From: Mycolicibacterium smegmatis
Lineage (GTDB): Bacteria > Actinomycetota > Actinomycetes > Mycobacteriales > Mycobacteriaceae
Direction of reading: 5' to 3'
Length of the DNA: 32,000 nt
NCBI RefSeq assembly: GCF_001457595.1
Contig: NZ_LN831039.1
Span: 6,330,001-6,362,000, forward strand
Under the pieces are notes generated by a model. The model saw only the letters and a list, made by a program, of their open reading frames with translations. It was not told where the DNA came from and did no database searches. Made by a program: the position numbers and the translations under genes. Below, one piece after another: positions 1-8,908 of this stretch (positions are counted from its first letter, which is position 1; every line of letters begins with the position of its first letter).

Positions 1-1
1 G

Positions 2-343
2 CACGCGGCCTCGGCGCTGATCCTGGTGTGCGCAGACGAGGGTGAGGACGAGCGCACCGCGCGCTACGCCGCGGTCGACGCCGGCGCCGCGATCGCTCAG
101 CTGACCATCGAGGCCGTGTCCCGCGGGCTCATCGCGCACCCGATGGCCGGTTTCGACGTCGACGGCGCCCGCGCCGCGTTCGGCGTACCCGACGGTGTGC
201 GCCCGTTCGCGGTGGTCGCGCTGGGACACCTCGGTGACTACGCGACGGCCGACGAGGCCATCGCCGAACGCGACAGCCGCCCGCGTGAACGTCTGCCACT
301 TGAGCAGGTTGCGTTCACGGGCCGATGGGGCAACCCGCTGTAA
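2..343 (+). CDS. Probable nitroreductase-family protein, C-terminal part only (gene starts before the window)
   Basis: Open frame runs in from the left edge (…HAASALILVCADEG…) to the TAA at 343. C-terminus is nitroreductase-like (…RPFAVVALGHLGD…RPRERLPLEQVAFTGRWGNPL). Confidence 0.6.
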   Translation, partial: HAASALILVCADEGEDERTARYAAVDAGAAIAQLTIEAVSRGLIAHPMAGFDVDGARAAFGVPDGVRPFAVVALGHLGDYATADEAIAERDSRPRERLPLEQVAFTGRWGNPL

Positions 344-391
344 AGCGCGGTTTGAGTTTTAACCACGCTGCAACACTTCGCGACCATCTCC

Positions 392-411
392 GTAACAGAA
401 ACGTCGGTTAC
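392..411. promoter_or_regulatory. Candidate GlnR-type nitrogen-regulatory site upstream of amt
   Basis: GTAAC-AGAAACGTCG-GTTAC inverted repeat about 50 nt upstream of the amt start. It contains GTNAC and GAAAC half-site-like sequences, but the spacing is not the canonical n6. Confidence 0.35.
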
Positions 412-458
412 TGCGAGTGAACGGCTTGTTTCGAGCCGCCACCGTGAGGAGATGTTTG

Positions 459-1709
459 ATGGATACCGGAACAACAGCATTCATGCTGTGTTGCATCATC
501 GGGCTCACGCTGATGATCCCTGGCCTGGCGTTGTTCTACGGCGGCATGGTCTCGGTCAAGAGCTCGACCAACATGATGATGATGACCTTCGGCGCGGTCG
601 CCGTCGTCGGCCTGCTGTGGGTCCTCTTCGGGTTCTCCATGGTGTTCGGTACGTCCTACGGCGGATTCGTGGGCAGTTTCACCGAATTCGCCGGCCTGAC
701 CGACCTTCTCGAACCCATGACCACCGTCGACGGGCTGCCGGTCAGCTTGTTCGCGGTGTTCCAGGCGCTGTTCGCGGCGATCACCGTGGCGCTGATCTCC
801 GGTGCGGTGGCCGACCGCATGAAGTTCGGCGCCTGGATGGTGTTCGCGGCGTTCTGGGCCGTGCTGGTGTACTTCCCCGTCGCGCACTGGGTTTTCGCGT
901 TCGACGGTACGGTCACCGAGGATTCGGTCGGCGGCTGGATCGCCAACAGGCTCGGTGCGGTCGACTTCGCGGGCGGTACCGCGGTGCACATCAACGCCGG
1001 CGCGGCCGCGCTCGCGCTGGCGATCGTGCTGGGCAAGTCCGCGATGTTCGGACGGCGCAAGCCTCACAACGTTCCGCTCACGCTCCTCGGCGCGGGCATG
1101 CTGTGGGCCGGTTGGTATGCGTTCAACGGCGGTTCGGCGCTGTCGGCCGGTAACTCCGCGGCCATCGTCATGGTCACCACGTTCGTGGCGACCTGCGCTG
1201 CGGTCCTGGCGTGGATCGCCGTCGAGAAGGTCAAGACCGGTCACGTGACCGGGGTCGGCGCGGCCTCGGGTGCCATCACGGGCCTGGTCGCCATCACGCC
1301 CGCGTGCGGCGCGGTGACGCCGATCGGCGCGATGTTCGTCGGCGGTATCGCGGGCGCGGTGTGCGTGTACGCCGTGGGTCTGAAAGACACGTTCGGGTAC
1401 GACGATTCGCTCGACGTGGTCGGTGTGCACCTCGTCGGCGGCCTGATCGGCACGCTGCTCATCGGCTTCTTCGCCAGCGAGGGCATGCCCAACGGCGTCA
1501 ACGGTCTGTTCTATGGCGGCGGCATCGACCAGTTGTGGAAGCAGGCGGTCGCGGCCGGTGCGGTGATGATCTATTCGTTCGTGCTCGCGTACGTCATCGC
1601 GTTCGCGATCAAGAAGACCATGGGCATCCGCATCTCCCCCGACGAGGAAGAAAAGGGTATCGACGCCAAGTTCCACCGCGACGCGGCGTACGAGCTCGAA
1701 TTCGCCTGA
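459..1709 (+). CDS. amt: Ammonium transporter (Amt family)
   Basis: ATG after a GAGG RBS. Multi-pass protein MDTGTTAFMLCCIIGLTLMIPGLALFYGGMV…STNMMMM…FAGGTAVHINAGAAALALAIVLGKS…; strong Amt family motifs. Confidence 0.95.
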   Translation: MDTGTTAFMLCCIIGLTLMIPGLALFYGGMVSVKSSTNMMMMTFGAVAVVGLLWVLFGFSMVFGTSYGGFVGSFTEFAGLTDLLEPMTTVDGLPVSLFAVFQALFAAITVALISGAVADRMKFGAWMVFAAFWAVLVYFPVAHWVFAFDGTVTEDSVGGWIANRLGAVDFAGGTAVHINAGAAALALAIVLGKSAMFGRRKPHNVPLTLLGAGMLWAGWYAFNGGSALSAGNSAAIVMVTTFVATCAAVLAWIAVEKVKTGHVTGVGAASGAITGLVAITPACGAVTPIGAMFVGGIAGAVCVYAVGLKDTFGYDDSLDVVGVHLVGGLIGTLLIGFFASEGMPNGVNGLFYGGGIDQLWKQAVAAGAVMIYSFVLAYVIAFAIKKTMGIRISPDEEEKGIDAKFHRDAAYELEFA

Positions 1710-1842
1710 TCCCGTTGATGACTCCCCGGTCCGGCCACCGCAGAAGGTTGTCCGCGGCGTCCGGGTCCGGGGATTCGTCGGCTTGCCGAAGTTTCATGCT
1801 GTGATACATTGATTCCCATCAAGAGACGACGGATTTGACCCA

Positions 1843-3147
1843 ATGACCTCTGATCTCGCCACACTCGCCGAGCAGTCGGGCACCAAGTTCATCCTCGCGT
1901 TGTTCGTCGACCTGCGCGGAAAGCCTTGCGCCAAGCTGGTTCCCGTCGAGGCCATCGACATGCTGGCCACCGAGGGCGTCGGCTTCGCCGGCTACGCCGT
2001 CGGCGCCATGGGCCAGGAACCCAAGGACCCCGACCTGATGGCCCTGCCGGACCCGGCCTCGTTCACGCCCATCCCCTTCATCAAAGAAGGCCTGGCGCTC
2101 GTGCACTGCGACCCGTACGTCGAGGGCAAGCCGTGGCCCTACGCACCGCGCGTGATCCTCAAGAACCTGATCCAGCAGGCCGCCGACGCCGGATTCGAAC
2201 CCTGGGTGGGTGCGGAGGTCGAGTACTTCCTGTTGCGCCGCAACGCCGATGGTTCGCTGGTCACCGCCGACGCCGCCGACACCGCGGCCCAGCCGTGTTA
2301 CGACGCCCGCGGCCTGACCCGCATGTACGACCACCTGACCGCGATCTCGACGGCCATGAACTCCCTGGGCTGGTCCAACTACGCCAACGACCACGAGGAC
2401 GGCAACGGCCAGTTCGAGCAGAACTTCGAGTTCGCCGATGCGCTCACCACGGCCGACCGTGTCATCACCCTGCGCTATCTGCTGTCGATGATCGCCGCTG
2501 AACGCGGCATGGTGGCCACCTTCATGCCCAAGCCGTTCGCCGACCGCACGGGCAGCGGACTGCACTTCCACCTGTCGCTCACCAGCGGCGGCAACCCCGT
2601 CTTCCCGTCGGAGACCGACGAACGCGGGCTCGGCCTGTCCGACACCGCGTATGCCTTCCTGGCGGGCATCCTCGACCACGCCTGTGCCCTGCAGTCCGTC
2701 GTCGCACCAACGGTCAACTCCTACAAGCGAACCGGCGCCACCAGCACCGCATCCGGGGCGTCCTGGGCGCCGCGGCTGCCCAGCTACGGCGGCAACGACC
2801 GCACGCATTACATCCGGGTGCCCGACAACCAGCGCATCGAGATGCGTGGCGGTGACGGCTCGGCCAACCCGTACCTGGCGGTCGCCGCGGCGCTCGGCGC
2901 CGGCCTCGACGGCATCAAACGCAGCATCGACCCGGGCCCGGTCGGCAGCGGCGGCACCACGGCCCTGCCGCCCACGCTGCTGCACGCAGTCGACGCGCTG
3001 GAGGCCGATCCGGTGGTCACCGGCGTGCTCGACGCCGCGGGCGAGGGAGTCGCCACCTACTTCGCAAACCTCAAGCGCGAGGAGTTCTTCACCTATCACG
3101 GCACCGTGACGCCGTGGGAGGTCGACACCTATCTCACTGCTTTCTAG
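1843..3147 (+). CDS. Glutamine synthetase-family enzyme, GlnT/type III-annotated or gamma-glutamylmethylamide-synthetase (GmaS)-like
   Basis: 434 aa. Contains GAEVEYFLL, NDHEDGNGQFEQNF, GSGLHFHLSL, VNSYKRTGA, RIEMRGGDGSANPYLAVAA. No GlnA1-type NLYDLPP adenylylation motif. Confidence 0.85.
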   Translation: MTSDLATLAEQSGTKFILALFVDLRGKPCAKLVPVEAIDMLATEGVGFAGYAVGAMGQEPKDPDLMALPDPASFTPIPFIKEGLALVHCDPYVEGKPWPYAPRVILKNLIQQAADAGFEPWVGAEVEYFLLRRNADGSLVTADAADTAAQPCYDARGLTRMYDHLTAISTAMNSLGWSNYANDHEDGNGQFEQNFEFADALTTADRVITLRYLLSMIAAERGMVATFMPKPFADRTGSGLHFHLSLTSGGNPVFPSETDERGLGLSDTAYAFLAGILDHACALQSVVAPTVNSYKRTGATSTASGASWAPRLPSYGGNDRTHYIRVPDNQRIEMRGGDGSANPYLAVAAALGAGLDGIKRSIDPGPVGSGGTTALPPTLLHAVDALEADPVVTGVLDAAGEGVATYFANLKREEFFTYHGTVTPWEVDTYLTAF

Positions 3148-3178
3148 ATCCGAAATCCCCGAGAGGAGAACAAACGTC

Positions 3179-4048
3179 ATGTGCGGGATCGTGGGATTGC
3201 ACCTGCGCACAGCCGAGCTGTATCCGAGGCTGGGTGAAATGCTCACCGAGATGCTGTGCGAAATGTCGGACCGCGGCGCCGATTCGGCCGGTGTCGCGGT
3301 CTACGGCGATCCGGTGTGGTCACCGCCCGGGCGCGGCTGCGTCTCGGTGACCGACCTCGCCGAGGCCCCCGATCTCGGTCCCGATGTCGAGGTGGTGCAG
3401 GTCGATTCGACATACCTGCTATCCGCGGACACCCCGTCGGAGGACCTGCTCGAACGTGTCAAGGCTGCCTATCCCTCGGCGCTGATCGCCGGGTTCGGCG
3501 CCGACCTCGCGGTGCTCAAGGGTGTGGGCCATCCGCGTGCGCTCACCGACGCGTGGGGCCTGGTCAAGGCGCAGGGCTGGCAGGGTGTCGGGCACACCCG
3601 CATGGCGACCGAATCCGCCGTGACCCCGTCGGGGTGCCACCCCTACACCGTGGGGCCCGAACAGTGCCTGGTGCACAACGGATCCTTCTCCAACCACGCC
3701 ACCATCCGGCGCGAACTGCGCCGGGCCGGTGTGCAGTTCGACAGCGAGAACGACACCGAGGTGGGCGCGCGGTTCGTCGCCCAACAGCTGGCGGCCGGCC
3801 GCGACGTCCAGACCGCACTCAAGGCACTGTGCGCGACGTTCGACGGCTTCTACACGCTGCTGGTGTCCAACCGCGACTCGTTCGCCGTGGTGCGCGACGC
3901 GATCGCGTGCAAGCCCGCGGTGATCGCCGAGACCGACGAGTGGGTCGCGATGGCCAGCGAGTACCGCGCACTGTCCGGGTTGCCGGGCGTCGAGAAGGCA
4001 CGAATCTGGGAACCCGAACCGGAGGTTGTTTACGCATGGACCAGGTAA
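3179..4048 (+). CDS. Class II glutamine amidotransferase (Ntn) domain protein, GlxB/MgsA-like
   Basis: N-terminus MCGIVGLHL gives a catalytic Cys after Met removal; MSDRGADSAGVAVYG; GHTRMATESAVTPSGCHPY. GAGAGG RBS. Confidence 0.88.
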   Translation: MCGIVGLHLRTAELYPRLGEMLTEMLCEMSDRGADSAGVAVYGDPVWSPPGRGCVSVTDLAEAPDLGPDVEVVQVDSTYLLSADTPSEDLLERVKAAYPSALIAGFGADLAVLKGVGHPRALTDAWGLVKAQGWQGVGHTRMATESAVTPSGCHPYTVGPEQCLVHNGSFSNHATIRRELRRAGVQFDSENDTEVGARFVAQQLAAGRDVQTALKALCATFDGFYTLLVSNRDSFAVVRDAIACKPAVIAETDEWVAMASEYRALSGLPGVEKARIWEPEPEVVYAWTR

Positions 4049-4731
4049 CCGTCAGTCTCACCGAATTCGATCTGCGCACAACACCTCTGCGCGAGGTCAA
4101 CGCAGCACTGCACCAGCCCGGTCTCGAGGGCGAGTTCGTCATCGAACATCCCGCGGGCGCACACAACGTCGCCGTCGGCGTCGACGCGCCGGTCCGGGTC
4201 CGCGTCGAGGGCCACGTCGGCTACTACGCCGCGGGCATGAACCAGCAGGCCGAGATCCTCATCAACGGCAACGCGGGCACCGGTGTCGCCGAGAACATGA
4301 TGAGCGGCACCGTGCGGGTCAAGGGCAACGCCTCGCAGTCCGCGGGCGCCACGGCCCACGGCGGCCTGCTGGTGGTCGAGGGCGACGCCGCGGCGCGTTG
4401 CGGCATCTCGATGAAGGGCATCGACATCGTCGTCGGCGGCAACATCGGCCACATGAGCGCGTTCATGGCACAGGCCGGGCGCCTCGTGGTACGCGGCAAC
4501 GCCGGTGAGGCACTCGGTGATTCGATCTACGAGGCCCGCATCTACGTGCGCGGCGAGGTCGCCTCGCTGGGCGCGGACTGCATCGCCAAGCCGATGCGGC
4601 CCGAGCACCACGCCGAACTCGCCGAACTGCTGGCGGCCGCGGGCTACGACGACGACACGTCGGAGTACGCGCGCTACGGCTCGGCCCGAAACCTGTACCA
4701 CTTCCACGTCGACAATGCGAGCGCCTACTGA
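4036..4731 (+). CDS. GltB C-terminal (domain 3)-like beta-helix protein, GlxC/MgsB-like
   Basis: Starts within the end of the preceding gene. MDQVTVSLTEFDLRTTPLREVN…NGNAGTGVAENMMSGTVRVKGNASQSAGATAHGGLLVVEGDAAARCGISMKGIDIVVGGNIGHMSAFMAQ. Confidence 0.85.
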   Translation: MDQVTVSLTEFDLRTTPLREVNAALHQPGLEGEFVIEHPAGAHNVAVGVDAPVRVRVEGHVGYYAAGMNQQAEILINGNAGTGVAENMMSGTVRVKGNASQSAGATAHGGLLVVEGDAAARCGISMKGIDIVVGGNIGHMSAFMAQAGRLVVRGNAGEALGDSIYEARIYVRGEVASLGADCIAKPMRPEHHAELAELLAAAGYDDDTSEYARYGSARNLYHFHVDNASAY

Positions 4732-6074
4732 TGAGCTACACCACCGATGACCGCGCGCGACTCGGCCTGCGCGAATCAGCCACATTCGACCGCACCACGA
4801 TCGCAGCGATCCAGCGGGCCGCCGACACCGGGATCTACGACATCCGCGGCTGGGGCGCCAAGCGTCCGCTTCCCCATTTCGACGACCTGCTGTTCCTGGG
4901 CGCGTCGATGTCGCGCTACCCGCTGGAGGGCTACCGCGAGCGTTGCGGCACCGACGTCGTGCTCGGCGACCGGCACGCCAAACACCCTCTGCACCTCGAC
5001 ATCCCGGTCACCATCGCCGGTATGAGCTTCGGTGCACTGTCGGCCGGGGCCAAGGAGGCACTGGGCCGCGGCGCGAGCGAGGTCGGCACGTCGACCACCA
5101 CGGGCGACGGCGGTATGACGCCCGAGGAGCGCGGCCAGAGCAAGCACCTGGTGTACCAGTACCTGCCCTCGCGCTACGGCATGAACCCCGACGACCTGCG
5201 CAAGGCCGACGCCATCGAGGTGGTGCTGGGCCAGGGCGCCAAGCCGGGCGGTGGCGGAATGCTGCTGGGGCAGAAGATCTCCGAGCGCGTCGCGGGCATG
5301 CGCACGCTGCCGCAGGGCATCGACCAGCGCAGCGCCTGCCGGCATCCGGACTGGACCGGCCCCGACGATCTCACCATCAAGATCAACGAACTGCGTGAGA
5401 TCACCGACTGGGAGAAGCCCATCTACGTCAAGGTCGGCGCCACCCGCACCTACTACGACGTCAAGCTCGCGGTGCACTCCGGTGCCGACGTCGTGGTGGT
5501 CGACGGCATGCAGGGCGGCACGGCCGCCACGCAGGAGGTGTTCATCGAACACGTCGGCATCCCGACGCTGGCCGCGATCCCGCAGGCCGTGCAGGCGCTG
5601 CAGGAACTGGGTGTGCACCGAAAAGTGCAACTGATCGTCTCGGGCGGCATCCGCAACGGCGCCGACGTGGCCAAGGCCCTGGCGCTGGGCGCCGACGCCG
5701 TGGCGATCGGCACGGCAGCAATGATCGCGCTGGGCGACAACCATCCGCGCTACGCTGCCGAGTACGAGAAGATCGGCAGCGCAGCCGGTTTCTACGACGA
5801 CTTCCAGGACGGCCGCGATCCCGCGGGCATCAGCACGCAGGATGCCGAACTCGCGGCGCGATTCGACCCGATCGAGGGCGGGCGCCGGCTGGCCAACTAT
5901 CTGCGCGTGCTGACCATGGAGGCCCAGACCATCGCGCGGGCGTGCGGCAAGGCCCACGTGTGCCACCTGGAACCCGAGGACCTCGTGGCCGTCACGATCG
6001 AGGCCGCCGCGATGGCACGGGTGCCGCTGGCGGGCACCGACTGGATCCCGGGCAGAGGGGCCGCCGCGCTATGA
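4731..6074 (+). CDS. Glutamate synthase FMN-binding domain protein, GlxD/MgsC-like
   Basis: TGATG overlap with the upstream stop. PVTIAGMSFGALSAGAKEALGRGASEVGTSTTTGDGGM, GQGAKPGGGGMLLGQKI, VVVVDGMQGGTAATQ, VSGGIRNGADVAKALALGADAVAIGTAAMIALG. Confidence 0.92.
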   Translation: MSYTTDDRARLGLRESATFDRTTIAAIQRAADTGIYDIRGWGAKRPLPHFDDLLFLGASMSRYPLEGYRERCGTDVVLGDRHAKHPLHLDIPVTIAGMSFGALSAGAKEALGRGASEVGTSTTTGDGGMTPEERGQSKHLVYQYLPSRYGMNPDDLRKADAIEVVLGQGAKPGGGGMLLGQKISERVAGMRTLPQGIDQRSACRHPDWTGPDDLTIKINELREITDWEKPIYVKVGATRTYYDVKLAVHSGADVVVVDGMQGGTAATQEVFIEHVGIPTLAAIPQAVQALQELGVHRKVQLIVSGGIRNGADVAKALALGADAVAIGTAAMIALGDNHPRYAAEYEKIGSAAGFYDDFQDGRDPAGISTQDAELAARFDPIEGGRRLANYLRVLTMEAQTIARACGKAHVCHLEPEDLVAVTIEAAAMARVPLAGTDWIPGRGAAAL

Positions 6075-7258
6075 GCATCACCGCAGACGTCGTGATCGTC
6101 GGCGGCGGTCTGGAAGGAACCGCCGCCGCCTGGGCCCTGAGCCAGCGCGGGGTCACCGATGTGGTTGTCGCCGAACGCAACACCGTGGGGTCCGGCATGA
6201 CCGGCAAGTCCAGCGGGATCGTGCGCTGCCATTACGGCGTGAGCTCGCTGGCGGCCATGGCCGCTGTGGGTCTCGATGTGTTCGAGAAGGCCGAGGAGAT
6301 CTTCGGCGACGACATCGGCTTCCGCCAGACCGGCTACGTCGTCGGCGTGGGCGAACAGAACGTCGACGCGCTGCGCAAGAGCCTGGCCGCACAGCGTCAG
6401 GTCGGTGTGCAGACCGAGGAGATCGACGCCTCGGAAGTGGCCAAGCTGTGGCCGTGGGCCGACCTCGAACCCTTCGCGGCGTTCGGCTGGGAGGCGCGCG
6501 GCGGTTACGGCGACGCCTACCAGACCGCGCAGGCGTTCGCGATCGCCGCACGCGCCGCGGGTGTGCGGATCCGACAGGGCGCCACCGTCACCGAACTGCT
6601 GATGGACGCCGACCGGGTCACCGGAGTGCGGCTGGCCGACGGCACCGAGGTGTCCGCGGGCACCGTCGTCGTCGCCACGGGCGCCTGGACGCGACCGTTC
6701 CTGGCGCCCTACGGTGTCGACATCCCCATCAGGGTGATCCGCGAGCAGATCGTCACCATCTCCCCCGGCCTGGACATCGGCGCCGTCCCGGTGTTCTCGG
6801 ATCTGGTGTCGCTGCAGTACGTGCGCCCCGAACTGGGCGGCGAGATCCTGTTCGGCAACAGCGATCTGGGACACGGCGAGTCGGCCGACCCGGACAACTA
6901 CCTCAACCGCGCCACCGAGGAGTTCGTCGACATCACGGTCGAGAAGGTGGGCACACGGTTCCCCGGTCTCACCGACGCATCCATCACCGGCAGTTACGCG
7001 GGCTGCTACGACGTCACCCCGGACTGGAACCCGGTGATCTCCGAGACCGACGTCGACGGTCTGATCGTGGCGGCCGGTTTCAGCGGGCACGGCTTCAAGA
7101 TCGCCCCCGCCGTGGGCCGGTTGGTGGCCGACCTGGTGGTCGACGGGCACAGTTCCGACCCGCGGATACCCGAGACCGATTTCCGCTTGAGCCGGTTCGC
7201 CGAGGACAATCTGCTCAAGAGCCCGTATCCATATGTGGGGGCGGGAGAGATGCGCTGA
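6071..7258 (+). CDS. FAD-dependent oxidoreductase, DAO/sarcosine-oxidase-beta-like
   Basis: ATGA overlap with the upstream stop. N-terminal dinucleotide motif DVVIVGGGLEGTAAAWALSQRG; SSGIVRCHYG; C-terminal GLIVAAGFSGHGFKIAPAVGRLVADL. Confidence 0.88.
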   Translation: MSITADVVIVGGGLEGTAAAWALSQRGVTDVVVAERNTVGSGMTGKSSGIVRCHYGVSSLAAMAAVGLDVFEKAEEIFGDDIGFRQTGYVVGVGEQNVDALRKSLAAQRQVGVQTEEIDASEVAKLWPWADLEPFAAFGWEARGGYGDAYQTAQAFAIAARAAGVRIRQGATVTELLMDADRVTGVRLADGTEVSAGTVVVATGAWTRPFLAPYGVDIPIRVIREQIVTISPGLDIGAVPVFSDLVSLQYVRPELGGEILFGNSDLGHGESADPDNYLNRATEEFVDITVEKVGTRFPGLTDASITGSYAGCYDVTPDWNPVISETDVDGLIVAAGFSGHGFKIAPAVGRLVADLVVDGHSSDPRIPETDFRLSRFAEDNLLKSPYPYVGAGEMR

Positions 7259-7284
7259 TCCGACGGGCGACAGGAGGAGATCAC

Positions 7285-7935
7285 GTGAGCGACGACGTTC
7301 CACTGCTTCGCAACAGGTCCGGAACGGCCCGTGAGCGTGATCCGCAGGCGCCGGTCGAGGAACTTGAGTTCGAGGCCGCGATCGGACGCAACGTGCGCCA
7401 ACTGCGCCAGCAGCATGGGCTCACGGTCGCCGAGATGGCCGCGCGGGTGGGCATCTCCAAGGCGATGATGTCCAAGATCGAGAACGCGCAGACCTCCTGC
7501 AGCCTGTCCACGCTGGCGCTGCTGGCCAAGGGTCTCGACGTGCCGGTCACGAGCCTGTTCCGCGGCGCCGATGTGGAACGCCCCGCGGCGTTCGTGAAAG
7601 CCGGCACCGGCCCGGAAATCGTGCGCAACGGCACCAAGCAAGGGCACGAGTACCAATTGCTCAGTTCCCTGCGCGGCGAGCACAAGCGCCTGGAATGCCT
7701 GCACGTCACGCTCACCGAGAAAAGCCAGACCTATCCCCTTTTCCAGCATCCGGGCACCGAATTCATCTACATGCTCGAAGGTGTCATGGACTACAGCCAC
7801 AGCCGCTCGGTGTACCGGCTGCAGCCGGGTGACTCACTGCAGATCGACGGCGAGGGTGCGCACGGACCGGTGGATCTGGTGGAGTTGCCCATCCGTTTTC
7901 TCTCGGTCATCGCATTCCCCGATTCGCAGGTCTGA
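7285..7935 (+). CDS. XRE-family regulator with C-terminal cupin sensor domain
   Basis: GTG after AGGAGG. HTH: IGRNVRQLRQQHGLTVAEMAARVGISKAMMSKIENAQTSCSLSTLALLAKGLDVPVTSLF. Cupin: HPGTEFIYMLEGVMDYSHSRSVYRLQPGDSLQIDGEGAHGP. Confidence 0.9.
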   Translation: MSDDVPLLRNRSGTARERDPQAPVEELEFEAAIGRNVRQLRQQHGLTVAEMAARVGISKAMMSKIENAQTSCSLSTLALLAKGLDVPVTSLFRGADVERPAAFVKAGTGPEIVRNGTKQGHEYQLLSSLRGEHKRLECLHVTLTEKSQTYPLFQHPGTEFIYMLEGVMDYSHSRSVYRLQPGDSLQIDGEGAHGPVDLVELPIRFLSVIAFPDSQV

Positions 7936-7981
7936 CACGGGCGCCGAATACGACATTTCTTCCCCAAATTTATCGGGCACG

Positions 7982-8007
7982 TAAAATACCCCGATTGCGC
8001 TGCGCAA
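7982..8007 (+). promoter_or_regulatory. Candidate -10 element plus operator-like palindrome upstream of the thiocyanate-hydrolase-like genes
   Basis: TAAAAT at 7982-7987, followed by TTGCGC-T-GCGCAA (7995-8007) at the expected start-site position. Confidence 0.35.
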
Positions 8008-8068
8008 ACACGCGCGCGTGGTTACAGTTCGCGTGACGTTTTCTGGCGGACTTCAAAAGGGGGCCCAG

Positions 8069-8908
8069 ATGAGTTCAGCCGCCGAACGTGCAGCGAAATT
8101 GGATTTGGTGGGTCGCCTCAAAGCGCACTTTCCCGAAATTCCCGACGCGCCGCCACCCGACCTGCTCGACCATGACCGGTTTCTCGCGTACATGAAGACC
8201 GTTCACGACGTCGGCGGCGAACCGGACGCGCCGATGAAGTACGAGAACAAGGAGTACGAGTACTGGGAGCACATGACCTACGTCATCTGCGAGGTGCTGG
8301 CATGGCGGGGCATCTGGCTCTCCGAGGAGCGCCGCCGCATCGGCAACGTCGACGTGGGACGCGCGATCTACCAGGGCATCCCCTATTACGGCCGGTGGCT
8401 GTGGGCCGTCGCGCGCGTGCTGATCGAAAAACACCACATCAGCCACGGTGAACTCACGGACCGCATGGTCGAGGTGCAGGAACGCTACCGGGACGGGTTG
8501 GCCGGACGCATGCTCGAGGCGACGCCGAAGTCCGAGGGCGACGGCGCCGACGTGAGGCGCAACGAGCACCACATCCGCGCGGTCGGCATTGGCGATCCGC
8601 AGATCTACGCAGGCAAGGCAGGCACGCCGAAATTCTCGGTCGGCGAGGCCGTGGTGGTCCGCGACCTGCCTGCCCTGCTCTACACGCGCACACCGGAATA
8701 CGTGCGCGGCGCCAAAGGGGTGATCGCCGAGGTCACCTACGAGAGCCCGGCGCCCGAGGACGAGACCTGGGACCGCACGGACGCCACACCGGAGTGGTTC
8801 TACATCGTGCGCTTCAACCTCTCCGAGTTGTTCTACGGCTACACCGGAACCTCAACGGACACACTGCAAACCGAGATCCCCGAACGCTGGTTGGAGAAGA
8901 GCCTATGA
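8069..8908 (+). CDS. Thiocyanate hydrolase/nitrile hydratase beta-type subunit; appears to be an in-frame fusion of SCNase beta-like and alpha-like subunits
   Basis: N-half: VHDVGGEPDAPMKYENKEYEYWEHMTYVICEVLAWRGIWLSEERRRIGNVDVG…GIPYYGRWLWAVARVLIEKHHISHGELTDRM. C-half: GIGDPQIYAGKAGTPKFSVGEAVVVRDLPALLYTRTPEYVRGAKGVIAEVTYESPAPEDE…TEIPERWLEK. AAAAGGGGG RBS. Confidence 0.88.
   Translation: MSSAAERAAKLDLVGRLKAHFPEIPDAPPPDLLDHDRFLAYMKTVHDVGGEPDAPMKYENKEYEYWEHMTYVICEVLAWRGIWLSEERRRIGNVDVGRAIYQGIPYYGRWLWAVARVLIEKHHISHGELTDRMVEVQERYRDGLAGRMLEATPKSEGDGADVRRNEHHIRAVGIGDPQIYAGKAGTPKFSVGEAVVVRDLPALLYTRTPEYVRGAKGVIAEVTYESPAPEDETWDRTDATPEWFYIVRFNLSELFYGYTGTSTDTLQTEIPERWLEKSL

Noticed and set aside
408-1676. 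Long minus-strand ORFs opposite Amt and other genes (e.g. 408-1676, 1819-3246, 4776-5966, 5897-7303, 8839-10686, 11468-13483, 13730-15268)
   Set aside because: Arg/His/Asp/Gly-rich translations typical of antisense frames in high-GC coding DNA. They mirror well-supported genes and lack family motifs.
3256-4035. N-terminal 260 aa of ORF 3256-4731
   Set aside because: Arg-rich out-of-frame translation over the amidotransferase gene. The GltB-domain-3-like protein starts at ATG 4036.
6448-7284. N-terminal part of ORF 6448-7935
   Set aside because: Overlaps the FAD oxidoreductase in another frame. The XRE-cupin CDS begins at GTG 7285 with a clear AGGAGG.
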